A stretch of 64,000 nt of DNA from contig JANXUD010000028.1 in NCBI GenBank assembly GCA_025352045.1, positions 10,206 to 74,205 on the forward strand, written 5' to 3'. Each line of letters starts with the position of its first letter. Position 1 is the stretch's first letter. The translations under genes were made by a program, and so were the position numbers. This DNA is from Gammaproteobacteria bacterium. GTDB taxonomy: Bacteria > Pseudomonadota > Gammaproteobacteria > Xanthomonadales > Xanthomonadaceae. Below, piece after piece: positions 28,648 through 37,865 of this stretch. The notes beneath the pieces were generated by a model. That model did no database searches, had not been told where the DNA came from, and saw nothing but the letters and a program-made list of their open reading frames with translations.

Positions 28648-29529
28648 ATGATCGTCGTGTGGTGCGCGCTTGAAGTCCTGCTGGTCCTTGCCGCGGTGCA
28701 ATGCATGGCGCGGACACCGCTGCGCCTGGCCGCAACGGTCGCGCTGCTCATCGGCGCGATCGCGCTTCCCTTCTGGATGCCCGCCGCGGCGATCCCGCGC
28801 GCACTGGCCTCGGCGCTCAGCCTGCTGGCGCTGGTGAAGGTGCTGCGCGTTGGCGAGGATCCGGCGCGCTGGCCGCCGCGCCTGCGCACCTGGCACGCGC
28901 TGGCGCCGTTCGACGTGGACAAGGCCAGCGTCGTCGCGCCCGGGCTCGACCGGCGCCTGCTGGCCTGGACCCTGGGGCACGCGGCGCTCGCGGTGGGCGC
29001 GCTCGCCCTGCTGTTCGTGTTGCCTCGCGCCCTGCCGATCTGGATGCAGGCCTTGCGCCTGTTGCTGGGAGGCGCCGTCGTCTATGCCGGCATGGAAGCC
29101 ATTGCCGGCGCCCTGCGCATCGGGCATCGGCTGGTCGGCATCGAGGTGCCGCCATTGCAGGATCGCCCGCTGCTGGCCCTGTCCATCCGCGAATTCTGGA
29201 ACCGGCGCTGGAACCGGCCGGTCAGCGGCTGGCTCGACGCGTATGTGTTTGGCCCGATCGCCAAGCGCCGCGGCGCCACGGTCGGCCTGCTTGCAGCCTT
29301 CGTCGCCAGCGGGCTGCTGCATGCCTGGGTGTTCCTGGCCTCGGTCGGTTGGATCGCGGCGATTTCGGCGGCGCTGTTCTTCGTCTTCCAGGGCTTCTTC
29401 GTGCTGGTCGAGAGCTTCGTCGATATCCGCAAGGCCTCCGACGGCCTGCGCCGCATGTGGACGCTCGGCCTGCTCGCGCTGTCGTCGCCGCTGTTCGTGG
29501 ATCCCGTCTTGCGGGTGATCGGCGTCTAG
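28648..29529 (+). CDS. MBOAT/wax-synthase-like membrane acyltransferase (tentative)
   Basis: Polytopic, with REFWNRRWNRPVSGWL and a conserved-looking His in SGLLHAW, as in membrane-bound O-acyltransferases. The family assignment is from memory only. Confidence 0.6.
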   Translation: MIVVWCALEVLLVLAAVQCMARTPLRLAATVALLIGAIALPFWMPAAAIPRALASALSLLALVKVLRVGEDPARWPPRLRTWHALAPFDVDKASVVAPGLDRRLLAWTLGHAALAVGALALLFVLPRALPIWMQALRLLLGGAVVYAGMEAIAGALRIGHRLVGIEVPPLQDRPLLALSIREFWNRRWNRPVSGWLDAYVFGPIAKRRGATVGLLAAFVASGLLHAWVFLASVGWIAAISAALFFVFQGFFVLVESFVDIRKASDGLRRMWTLGLLALSSPLFVDPVLRVIGV

Positions 29530-29536
29530 GCGCGGC

Positions 29537-31477
29537 TCAGATCGCCACGCGCATCCCCAGTTCCACCAGGCGGTCGCCCGGGATGCCGAAGAACTCCGTG
29601 GCCGGCGTGGCGTTGCGCGCCAGGAACAGGAACAGGGTATCGCGCCAGAGCGGCATGCCCTGGTCCTTGCGCGCCACCAGGGACTCGCGACTGGCGAAGA
29701 ACGAGGTGCGCATCGGGTCCAGCGGCGGCCCGGGGATATCCCAGCGCGCCAGCGCGCGCGGCACGTCAGGGTCCTCCATGAAGCCGAAGCGCAGGGTCAG
29801 CCGGCAGAAGCCGTGGCCCAGGTCGGTGCACACGACCCGCTCCGACGTCTCGGCGCGCGGCACGCCCAGGGTCTCCACGCTCAGGATCACGTTGCGCTCG
29901 TGCAGAACGATGTTGTGCTTGAGGTTGTGCAAGAGCGCCGGTGGCAGGCGGTCGTTGGACGGCGTCATGAACACGGCGATACCCGGCACCCGGACCGGCG
30001 GCTCGGTCATGATGCTCTGCACGAAGTGCTCGATGCGCAGGCTGTCGCGATCCACCTGCTGCCGCACCAGGTCGCGGCCGCGGCGCCAGGTGCGCATGAT
30101 GGTGAAGGCCAGCACGCCCAGCAGCAGCGGGAACCAGGCGCCCTCTGTGAACTTGACCAGGTTCGCGCTCAGGTAAGCCACGTCGATGGTCAGGAACAGC
30201 AGCGCCGCCGGCCAGAGCAGCAGCGGCCGCACCCGCCATTTCGACGCCGCCAGGATGATGGTCAGCACCGCGCTGATCAGCATGGTGCCGGTGACCGACA
30301 CGCCGTAGGCGATGCCCAACGCGCTGGAGCTCCGGAAGCCGAGCACCGTGAGCATCACCGCCAGGAACAGCGCGCGGTTGATCCAAGGGATATAGACGTG
30401 GCTGATCTCGGCCGACGAGGTATGGATGATCCGCATGCGCGGCAGGTAGCCCAGCTGGATCGCCTGGCGCACCACGGAGAAAGTGCCGGAGATCAGGGCC
30501 TGGGAGGCGATCACAGTCGCCAGGGTCGCCAGGACCACCATCGGCGACTGCGCCCAGGCGGGCACCAGCAGGTAGAAGGGATTGCTGACCGACGTCGGGT
30601 TGTCCAGGATCAGCGCCCCCTGGCCGAAGTAGTTCAGCAGCAGGCAGGGCAGGACCATGCCCAGCCACGCAAAGCGGATGGCGCGCAGCCCGAAGTGGCC
30701 CATGTCGGCATACAGGGCTTCGCCACCGGTGATCGCCAGCACCACCGCGCCCAGCGCCAGCCAGGCGGTGACGCCGTGCACCACGAAGAAGCGCAAGGCC
30801 CAGGTGGGATCGAGCGCCAGCAGCACCGACGGGTTGCCCGCGATGCCCACCAGGCCACAGGCGCCGATCGCCAGGAACCACGCGACCGTGATCGGCCCGA
30901 ACAGGCGACCCATGCCGGCCACGCCGCGGCGTTGCATGGAGAACAGCAGCACCAGCACCACCAGCGTCAGCGGCAGCACGTAGCGCGCCATCGACGGCGC
31001 CGCGACCTGCAGGCCCTCGATGGCCGACAGCACCGAGATGGCCGGGGTCAGCACGCCATCGCCGAAGAACAGCGCGGTACCGAACACGCCCAGGATGCCG
31101 ACGCCATAGGCCAGCGGCGAGGCCAGGGGCAGGCTGCGCTGCACGACGGCGGTCAGGGCCAGGATGCCGCCTTCACCGCGGTTGTCCGCGCGCATGATGA
31201 TCAGCACGTACTTCACCGTCACCACCAGCACCAGCGACCAGAACACCAGCGACAGCACGCCCAGCACATTGCCGCGATCGGGCGCCAGGTGGTAGGCCGG
31301 GCCAAAGGCCTGCTGCAGCGTGTACAGCGGGCTGGTGCCGATGTCGCCGAACACCACGCCCATGGCGCCGACCACCAGCGGAAGCATGCGGCGGGCACCT
31401 GCCGCGTGGCGGGCGCCCGCCTTGCTGTCGGCGCCGGCCGCGCTGTCGGCGGAGGGATTGGAAAAGGACGTGTCCAT
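29537..31477 (-). CDS. kup: KUP-family potassium transporter
   Basis: [19 protein letters not shown] near the N-terminus, 12 TM segments, and a C-terminal cytoplasmic domain. ATG at 31477 (MDTSF). Confidence 0.93.
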   Translation of the reverse strand: MDTSFSNPSADSAAGADSKAGARHAAGARRMLPLVVGAMGVVFGDIGTSPLYTLQQAFGPAYHLAPDRGNVLGVLSLVFWSLVLVVTVKYVLIIMRADNRGEGGILALTAVVQRSLPLASPLAYGVGILGVFGTALFFGDGVLTPAISVLSAIEGLQVAAPSMARYVLPLTLVVLVLLFSMQRRGVAGMGRLFGPITVAWFLAIGACGLVGIAGNPSVLLALDPTWALRFFVVHGVTAWLALGAVVLAITGGEALYADMGHFGLRAIRFAWLGMVLPCLLLNYFGQGALILDNPTSVSNPFYLLVPAWAQSPMVVLATLATVIASQALISGTFSVVRQAIQLGYLPRMRIIHTSSAEISHVYIPWINRALFLAVMLTVLGFRSSSALGIAYGVSVTGTMLISAVLTIILAASKWRVRPLLLWPAALLFLTIDVAYLSANLVKFTEGAWFPLLLGVLAFTIMRTWRRGRDLVRQQVDRDSLRIEHFVQSIMTEPPVRVPGIAVFMTPSNDRLPPALLHNLKHNIVLHERNVILSVETLGVPRAETSERVVCTDLGHGFCRLTLRFGFMEDPDVPRALARWDIPGPPLDPMRTSFFASRESLVARKDQGMPLWRDTLFLFLARNATPATEFFGIPGDRLVELGMRVAI

Positions 31478-31632
31478 GCAGGATCCAACGGCGGCGACGG
31501 TGCCGCGATGGCGCGCAGTATTGGCTTTGCCGACCGGTCGCAGCGAAAAAACGCCAGGGAATTTACGCACTTGTTATGCCCGCGCGCCCGCCCGGCGCTG
31601 GCATTCGCGGGCCAATCATCCGACCATGCGCC

Positions 31633-33195
31633 ATGCCCGACGACGACGCGCCCGCAAGCTCCGCACGCAGCATGCCCGTGCTGCGCGAACTCGCGTACGC
31701 CAGCCTGCTGGCTGCGCTTGCGGTACTGGCTGGCATGGGCCTGGAACGCGGCCTCGGTTTCCGCGACCAGTCCCTGCTCTTCCTTACTGCGGTGCTGTTC
31801 GCGGCGGTGCGGACCCGCCTGTCGGTGGCGGCCTATGCGGCGGTGTTGTGCTTCCTGGCCTACGATTTCTTTTTCTTCCACCCGCGCTACAGCCTGTACA
31901 TCGCGGCGGGCCAGGGCGTGGCGACGGTGGCGATCTTCCTGCTCGCCGCCCTGGTCTGCGGCCGGCTTGCCAGCCGCCTGCACGAGCAGGTGTTGCTGCT
32001 CGGCGCAGCCAAGGCCCGCACCGAGGCGCTGCAGATGCTCGGCCAGCAGCTCACCGGGGCCGTGGACGAAGCGGACGTCGGGCGCGTCGCCACGGCCCGA
32101 CTGAGCGCGGCGCTCGGTGGCGATGCCGCCTTCCTGCCCTACGACGAGGCCAGCCGGCGACTGGGTGCCGCGCAGACATTCCCCGGACGGATCGAGCTCG
32201 ATCGGGTCACCCGCACGGCGGCGGAAGCCTGCCTGGACGACATCGCCGACATCGATGCCGGCCATGCGACCCGGCTGGACTTCGGCTGGTGGTGCTTTCC
32301 GCTCGCGGCCGGCGAGCGTGCGCTGGGCGCGGTGCTGTTCCGTTTCACCGATCCGCTGCCGACCATCCCGGCCGAGGTCGCCGGCTTGGCGCAGGCGATG
32401 GCCCGCGGCGTTGCCCAGGCCCTGGCGCGTATCCGCCTTGCCGGTGAACTGGAGGCGGCGCGGTTCGCCGCCGAAACCGAGCGGCTGCGCGCCGCGCTGC
32501 TGTCGTCGGTCTCGCACGACCTGCGCTCGCCCCTGTCCACCATCATCGGCAGCGCGGAGAGCCTGCGCCTGTACCAGGACCAGCTCTCGCGCGAAGACCG
32601 CGCCACCCTGGCCGGCGACATCCTTGGCGAAGGCCTGCGCCTGGACCGCTACATCCAGAACCTGCTCGACATGACGAGGCTGGAACACGGCGGGCTGGCG
32701 ATCGAGCGCGAATGGGTCGGCCTGGACGAAGTATTCGGCATGGTCCTGCCGCGCCTGCGCCGGCAATTCCCGGACCTGCCGGTCACCCTGCAGCTGCCGT
32801 CCCCGCCGCCCCTGCTGCATGTGCAGCCGGCCCTGGTCGAGCAAGCCTTCTTCAACATCCTCGAGAATGGCGCCAGGTTTTCGCCGCCGGGCGCCGGCCT
32901 GGCCGTGGTTGCGTTGCGCGAAGGCGCGCGCTGGCGAATTGACGTGGCGGACCGCGGGCCGGGCATCGCCGAAGCGGAGCGGGCACAGGTTTTCGAGCGC
33001 TTCTACTCGGTCGAGCGCGGCGATCGACGCCCAGCCGGCACCGGCCTGGGCCTGACCATCTGCCAGGGCATCATCGCCGCACACGGCGGCAGCGTCGAAG
33101 CCCTGGCCGGCGAGGACGGCATCGGCACGCGCCTGCGCGTGTGGCTGCCCGCCGAGGAGCCACCCGCGGGACTGGCGCGCGAGGACGGCGAATGA
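31633..33195 (+). CDS. kdpD: KdpD-like sensor histidine kinase lacking the N-terminal KdpD/Usp sensor module
   Basis: Begins with the KdpD-type 4-TM block (FLAYDFFFFHPRYSLYI), followed by a GAF-like region, HisKA (LSSVSHDLRSPLSTI) and HATPase (DRGPGI, GTGLGL). It is about 520 aa, against about 900 aa for full-length KdpD as I recall. Confidence 0.85.
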   Translation: MPDDDAPASSARSMPVLRELAYASLLAALAVLAGMGLERGLGFRDQSLLFLTAVLFAAVRTRLSVAAYAAVLCFLAYDFFFFHPRYSLYIAAGQGVATVAIFLLAALVCGRLASRLHEQVLLLGAAKARTEALQMLGQQLTGAVDEADVGRVATARLSAALGGDAAFLPYDEASRRLGAAQTFPGRIELDRVTRTAAEACLDDIADIDAGHATRLDFGWWCFPLAAGERALGAVLFRFTDPLPTIPAEVAGLAQAMARGVAQALARIRLAGELEAARFAAETERLRAALLSSVSHDLRSPLSTIIGSAESLRLYQDQLSREDRATLAGDILGEGLRLDRYIQNLLDMTRLEHGGLAIEREWVGLDEVFGMVLPRLRRQFPDLPVTLQLPSPPPLLHVQPALVEQAFFNILENGARFSPPGAGLAVVALREGARWRIDVADRGPGIAEAERAQVFERFYSVERGDRRPAGTGLGLTICQGIIAAHGGSVEALAGEDGIGTRLRVWLPAEEPPAGLAREDGE

Positions 33196-33920
33196 GCCAC
33201 CCCGAGGCCCCGCGGGTCCTGGTGATCGACGACGAGGCGCAGATCCGCCGCTTCCTCGCGATCAGCCTGCGCGCCCAGGGCTATCGCGTCGCCGAGGCGG
33301 CGAACGGCCGCGCCGGGCTCGATGCACTCGCCGCCACCGGCGCCGACCTGGTGGTCCTGGACCTGGGCCTGCCGGACATGGACGGGCGCGAGGTGCTGCG
33401 CGAACTGCGCGCGTTTTCCACCGTGCCGGTGCTGGTGTTGTCCGTGCGTTCGGCCGAGTCGGAAAAGGTCGCCCTGCTCGATGCCGGCGCGAATGACTAC
33501 GTCGGCAAGCCGTTCGGGGTGCAGGAACTGTCGGCGCGGCTGCGCGCGCTTCTGCGCCAGCAGCCCGATCCCGGTGCGGCCGCCGCCTTCGATGACGGCC
33601 ACCTGCGCGTGGATGTCGGCCGGCGGAACGCCTGGCTGGACGGCGAGCCGATCCCGCTCAGCCGCAAGGAATGGGCCCTGCTGGCAATGTTGTTGCGCCA
33701 CGCCGGCCGAGTGCTGACCCAGCCGCAACTGCTGCGCGACCTCTGGGGGCCCACGCACGTGGATGACACGCACTACCTGCGCATCCTCGCGGCCAGGCTG
33801 CGCACCCGCCTGGGCGACGATGCTTCGTGCCCGCGCTACATCGCCACCGAGCCTGGCGTTGGCCTGCGCTTCATCGGCGTCGATGGCGGCGGGCCGGCGG
33901 ACGCGTCCGTGGTCGCGTAA
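33192..33920 (+). CDS. kdpE: KdpE-type OmpR-family response regulator
   Basis: Receiver (VLVIDDE...DLGLPDMDG) plus a winged helix with the KdpE-like LLRDLWGPTHVDDTHYLRI...TEPGVGLRF. ATGA overlap with the kinase gene. Confidence 0.88.
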   Translation: MSHPEAPRVLVIDDEAQIRRFLAISLRAQGYRVAEAANGRAGLDALAATGADLVVLDLGLPDMDGREVLRELRAFSTVPVLVLSVRSAESEKVALLDAGANDYVGKPFGVQELSARLRALLRQQPDPGAAAAFDDGHLRVDVGRRNAWLDGEPIPLSRKEWALLAMLLRHAGRVLTQPQLLRDLWGPTHVDDTHYLRILAARLRTRLGDDASCPRYIATEPGVGLRFIGVDGGGPADASVVA

Positions 33921-33994
33921 CACCGTCCCGTGCCCGGATCGAACGACACCACGGGCCTTGCAACCTTTCCGCACCGCGGCGCATCCCAACCCGC

Positions 33995-34213
33995 ATGACC
34001 CCTCTCGAGACCGGGCGGATGCGAAGCATGGCGCCGATGCGAGCCCCCACGCACTACCTGCGGGTGGACCTGGATGACGCGGCCGAGGCCGAATACTGGC
34101 TGGTCGTCTTCGACACCACCCGCGACCAGCTCGAGCGCGCGGTGGCGACCGTCGGCCGGGATGCGCAGGACGTGCGCTCGGCGCTGGTCGGGGCCTGCCT
34201 GCCGGCCAACTGA
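33995..34213 (+). CDS. small DUF3606-like protein
   Basis: The C-terminal AEAEYWLVVFDTTRDQLERAVATVGRDAQDVRSAL resembles DUF3606. The start is uncertain (33995, 34019, 34028 or 34037). Confidence 0.55.
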   Translation: MTPLETGRMRSMAPMRAPTHYLRVDLDDAAEAEYWLVVFDTTRDQLERAVATVGRDAQDVRSALVGACLPAN

Positions 34214-34427
34214 CCCGCCCCGGCGGATTGCGGACCTGTCCGCAGTTTCGAAAACCATCTCGCGCCCGGCAACCGGGCGGGGTCGATTGCCTGCCAGCAG
34301 GCTGGATTCCCACCGTCGCTGGGACCAAAATGATGGCGCTGCGCCCGGACCCGCGGGCGTCAAGCGTCGCGATCGCTCCCCCGGCGTGCGGCAGGTAGCG
34401 CATGGCCCAACCCCGACGGTGAGCGAG

Positions 34428-36404
34428 ATGGATCTCCAGCGCGTCTTCCAGCACCTGCGCGGCAAGTTCCTCGTCCTGCGTGCCGACGATGGCTTCACCA
34501 TCGTGGCCGCCAGCGAGGAACTGCTGGGGGCATCGCACACCGATGCAGGCATCCTCGGCCGGCCGCTGTTCGAAGTCTTCCCGGACAATCCGCAGGACCC
34601 CGCGACCAGGGCCGCGGCGAGCCTGCGCGCCTCGCTGGCGCGGGTGATCGCCACCGGCCAGGCCGACACCATGGGCCTGCAGCGCTACGACGTGCTGCGC
34701 CCGGCGGCGCGCGGCGGCGGCTTCGAGGAGCGCTACTGGCTGCCGGTCAACTCGCCGGTGCTGGGCGAGGACGGCGCAGTCGAATACATCGTCCAGCAGG
34801 TCGACGAGCCCCGAGTGCGCAACCAGCGGGAGGCCGCCGCCGACCTGTCCAGCCTGGACGAACGCGAACGGCTGGTGTTCGAGTCGGAACGCCAGCGCCG
34901 GATGTACGAGACCACGCTCGACGCGACTCCGGACTTCTTCTACGTCTTCGACCTGGACCATCGCGCCATCTACGCCAACCAGGCATTGCGCACCGTCTGG
35001 GGCGTGGAGGACGTGCGTGGCAAGACCTGGATGGACCTGGGCTACGAGCAGTGGCACGCCGACATGCACGATGCCGAGATCGACCGGGTGATCGCCACCC
35101 GGGCACCGATCCGCAGCGAGATCCCGTTCACCGGCACCAATGGCACGCGGATGTACGACTACATCTTCGCGCCGGTGCTCGGGCCGGACGGCGACGTTGT
35201 CGCGATCGCCGGCGTCACCCGCGACATCACCGAACGCCAGGCGGTCGAACAGGCGGTGCGCGAGCAGGCCGTGAGCCTGTCGGAGGCCGACCGGGCCAAG
35301 GACGAATTCCTGGCGACCCTGGCCCATGAGTTGCGCAATCCACTGGCGCCGCTGCGCAATGCCCTCGAACTGCTGCGCCGCGGCGGCATGGATGCCAGCG
35401 AGTCGGCGCCCGTGCACGCGATGATGGAGCGCCAGGTGCACCACCTGGTGCGCCTGGTCGACGACCTGCTGGAGGTGTCGCGGATCAGCCGCGGCGCCTT
35501 CACCCTGCGCAAGGAGCGGATCGAGCTTGCCACCGTGGTGCGCAATGCCGTGGAGACCAGCGACCCGCTCATCCGCGGCGGCAACCACGCCCTCAGCGTG
35601 CAACTTCCGGCCGAGTCGCTCTGGCTGGAGGGCGACCCGGTGCGGCTGGCCCAGATCCTGGCCAACCTGCTCAGCAACGCCGCCAAGTACACGCCCGACA
35701 ACGGACGGATCGCCGTGCACGTGCAGCGTCGCGACGGGCACGTCGCCATCAGCGTGCAGGACGACGGCGAAGGCATCGCGCCGGACCAGCTGCCGCGCAT
35801 GTTCGAGATGTTCAGCCGCGGCGACCGCGACAGCGGCCGCAGCCAGGGCGGCCTCGGCATCGGGCTGGCGCTGGCGCGCCGGCTGGCGGAAATGCACCAG
35901 GGCACGCTGGAGGCGCGCAGCGACGGCATCGGCCGGGGCAGCGAGTTCACCGTGCGCCTGCCGCTTGCCGACGCGGTCGTCGCCGCCAGTGGAAAGACCG
36001 CCGCGGCCAGCGTGGATTCCGCGGCGCTGGCGCGCACCCGCGTGCTGGTCGTGGACGACAACCACGACGCCGGAGACAGCCTGGCGATGGTGCTGGACCT
36101 GCTCGGCGCCGAGGTCCGCGTGGTCCGCGATGGCGCATCGGCGGTCGCCGCCTTCGACGCCTGGCGGCCGACCGTGGTGTTGCTCGACATCGGCATGCCC
36201 GGCATGAACGGCTACGAGGTCGCGCGCACCATCCGTGCACGCTTCCCCGACGCACGGTCGTCACTGGTGGCGCTCACCGGCTGGGGCCAGGACGAAGATC
36301 GCCGGCGCGCGCGCGATGCCGGCTTCGACCACCACCTGGTCAAGCCGGCGGAGCTGGAAACCCTGCAGAAACTGCTCGCGACCTTGGAAGCAGAGCGCGC
36401 CTAG
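34428..36404 (+). CDS. PAS-domain hybrid sensor histidine kinase/response regulator
   Basis: Two PAS-like regions, HisKA (LATLAHELRNPLAPL), HATPase (DDGEGI, GLGIGLALA), and a C-terminal receiver (VLVVDDNHD...LLDIGMPGMNG). Confidence 0.9.
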   Translation: MDLQRVFQHLRGKFLVLRADDGFTIVAASEELLGASHTDAGILGRPLFEVFPDNPQDPATRAAASLRASLARVIATGQADTMGLQRYDVLRPAARGGGFEERYWLPVNSPVLGEDGAVEYIVQQVDEPRVRNQREAAADLSSLDERERLVFESERQRRMYETTLDATPDFFYVFDLDHRAIYANQALRTVWGVEDVRGKTWMDLGYEQWHADMHDAEIDRVIATRAPIRSEIPFTGTNGTRMYDYIFAPVLGPDGDVVAIAGVTRDITERQAVEQAVREQAVSLSEADRAKDEFLATLAHELRNPLAPLRNALELLRRGGMDASESAPVHAMMERQVHHLVRLVDDLLEVSRISRGAFTLRKERIELATVVRNAVETSDPLIRGGNHALSVQLPAESLWLEGDPVRLAQILANLLSNAAKYTPDNGRIAVHVQRRDGHVAISVQDDGEGIAPDQLPRMFEMFSRGDRDSGRSQGGLGIGLALARRLAEMHQGTLEARSDGIGRGSEFTVRLPLADAVVAASGKTAAASVDSAALARTRVLVVDDNHDAGDSLAMVLDLLGAEVRVVRDGASAVAAFDAWRPTVVLLDIGMPGMNGYEVARTIRARFPDARSSLVALTGWGQDEDRRRARDAGFDHHLVKPAELETLQKLLATLEAERA

Positions 36405-37750
36405 CCGGGTCCTTTCGCCAGGCGGTAGAGCGTGACTGCGGCGCGCATCGCCTGCGAATCCAGGGTCGCCAGGTCCGCCTTTTCCTCGACGGTGTGGTTG
36501 CCCGGGCCCTTGAGGCCCAGTCCATCCAGCGCCATGTCCACCCGGCCCGCGACGAAACTGATGTCGGCGGCGCCGGCGCGGCGCGGATCGAGCGCGGCGA
36601 CCGGGCCGAAACCGAGGTCGCGACTGGCGCCGTCATAGACCGCCAGCAGCCGGGCATTGCCTGGCGTCGGCGCCATCGGCGGGTAGCCGTCGTCGAACAC
36701 CAGGGTCGCGTCGGTGCGGGCGAGGTGCCGCGACACCACGTCCTGCATCGCCTTGCGCGCCATCGCCAGTTGCTCCGGCGAGATCGCGCGCAGGTCGCCG
36801 TCCACGCGCAGCGACTGCGCCACCACGTTGGACTTGCCGAAGGCCGTGCCGCGCGAATTGTCGTGGTCCAGCGCGACGTCGGTGCCACCCACGATCACGC
36901 CGGGATTGAAGGTCAGCATCGGCTCGGCCGACAGCGCCTGGCGAAAGCCATCCAGGATGCGTGCCGCCTCGAACACGGCGCCGTAGCCCACCTCGGGCTG
37001 GAAGACCTGCGAGGAATGCGCGGACGTGCCGGTGACCTCGAGCCGCCAGCCGCTGGCGCCGCGGCGCGAGGTCGCCGCTTCGCGCGGGTCACCGCTGGCG
37101 TTCTCGAAGCCCATCGCGATGTCGGCCCAGTCACCGGCGGCCAGCAGGTCGGCATTGGCGAGCGCGACCGGTTCGCCGCGGTCCTCCTCGTCGCCGGCCA
37201 GGAAGACGCGCACCTGCATCCGGTCCAGTTGGCCGCTGGCGCGCAGCGCGCGCAGCACGGTCAGCATGATCACGTCGCCGCCCTTCATGTCGGTGCTGCC
37301 CGGCCCGCGGCCGGCCTCGGGACCGTCGAGCTGCATGACCTGGAAGGGACTGTCCGCGGCAAATACCGTGTCCATGTGCCCGATCAGGAGGACTTTTGGT
37401 CCCTTGCTGCCGAAGCTGGCGACGAAATGCCCGGCGCGGTTGAACGGCGCGCCGTCGACCCAGCGAGTCTTGAAGCCCAGCGCCTTGAACTCGCGGTCGA
37501 AGATCGCGCCGACCCGCTTCACGCCGGCGAAATTCATCGTGCCGCTGTTGATGTCCACTGTTTCCTTGAGCAGGCTTCGCGCCCGGTCATGGTCGGCCTT
37601 GATGCTGGCGACGAGGCGCGCCTCGACGGGATCGAGGGTCGACGCAGGGGCCGCGAGGGTCACAGGCGATGTCGGCGCGGCGCCGAAGGCGACCGCCGAG
37701 ACGCCCAGCAGGACGAGGGCGGCCAAGCCGCGGAGTTGGGGTCGATGCAT
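36401..37750 (-). CDS. M20-family peptidase (glutamate carboxypeptidase-like), secreted
   Basis: Signal peptide. LLIGHMDTVF and GPGSTDMKGG metal/catalytic motifs, plus DEEDRG. Confidence 0.88.
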   Translation of the reverse strand: MHRPQLRGLAALVLLGVSAVAFGAAPTSPVTLAAPASTLDPVEARLVASIKADHDRARSLLKETVDINSGTMNFAGVKRVGAIFDREFKALGFKTRWVDGAPFNRAGHFVASFGSKGPKVLLIGHMDTVFAADSPFQVMQLDGPEAGRGPGSTDMKGGDVIMLTVLRALRASGQLDRMQVRVFLAGDEEDRGEPVALANADLLAAGDWADIAMGFENASGDPREAATSRRGASGWRLEVTGTSAHSSQVFQPEVGYGAVFEAARILDGFRQALSAEPMLTFNPGVIVGGTDVALDHDNSRGTAFGKSNVVAQSLRVDGDLRAISPEQLAMARKAMQDVVSRHLARTDATLVFDDGYPPMAPTPGNARLLAVYDGASRDLGFGPVAALDPRRAGAADISFVAGRVDMALDGLGLKGPGNHTVEEKADLATLDSQAMRAAVTLYRLAKGPG

Positions 37751-37865
37751 GGGTCGTCGTTGCGGCTGGGGCGGGACCGGAAGCGTAGCACCCGCGCCGG
37801 CCAGCACTGGCGAGCGAGCCCGAGCCGGCTATAGTGGCGGCTCACGCTCTGTCGGGGAATGCGTC

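Noticed and set aside
29813-32104. 763-aa plus-strand ORF
   Set aside because: It is antisense to kup and overlaps the kdpD-like gene out of frame. The composition is biased (R/Q/H/G/A) and there are no motifs.
33003-36065. 1020-aa ORF on the minus strand
   Set aside because: It lies antisense to kdpE, the DUF3606 ORF and the hybrid kinase, all of which have clear family motifs. The translation is Arg/Ala/Gly/Pro-rich with no motif, which is the typical high-GC antisense artefact.
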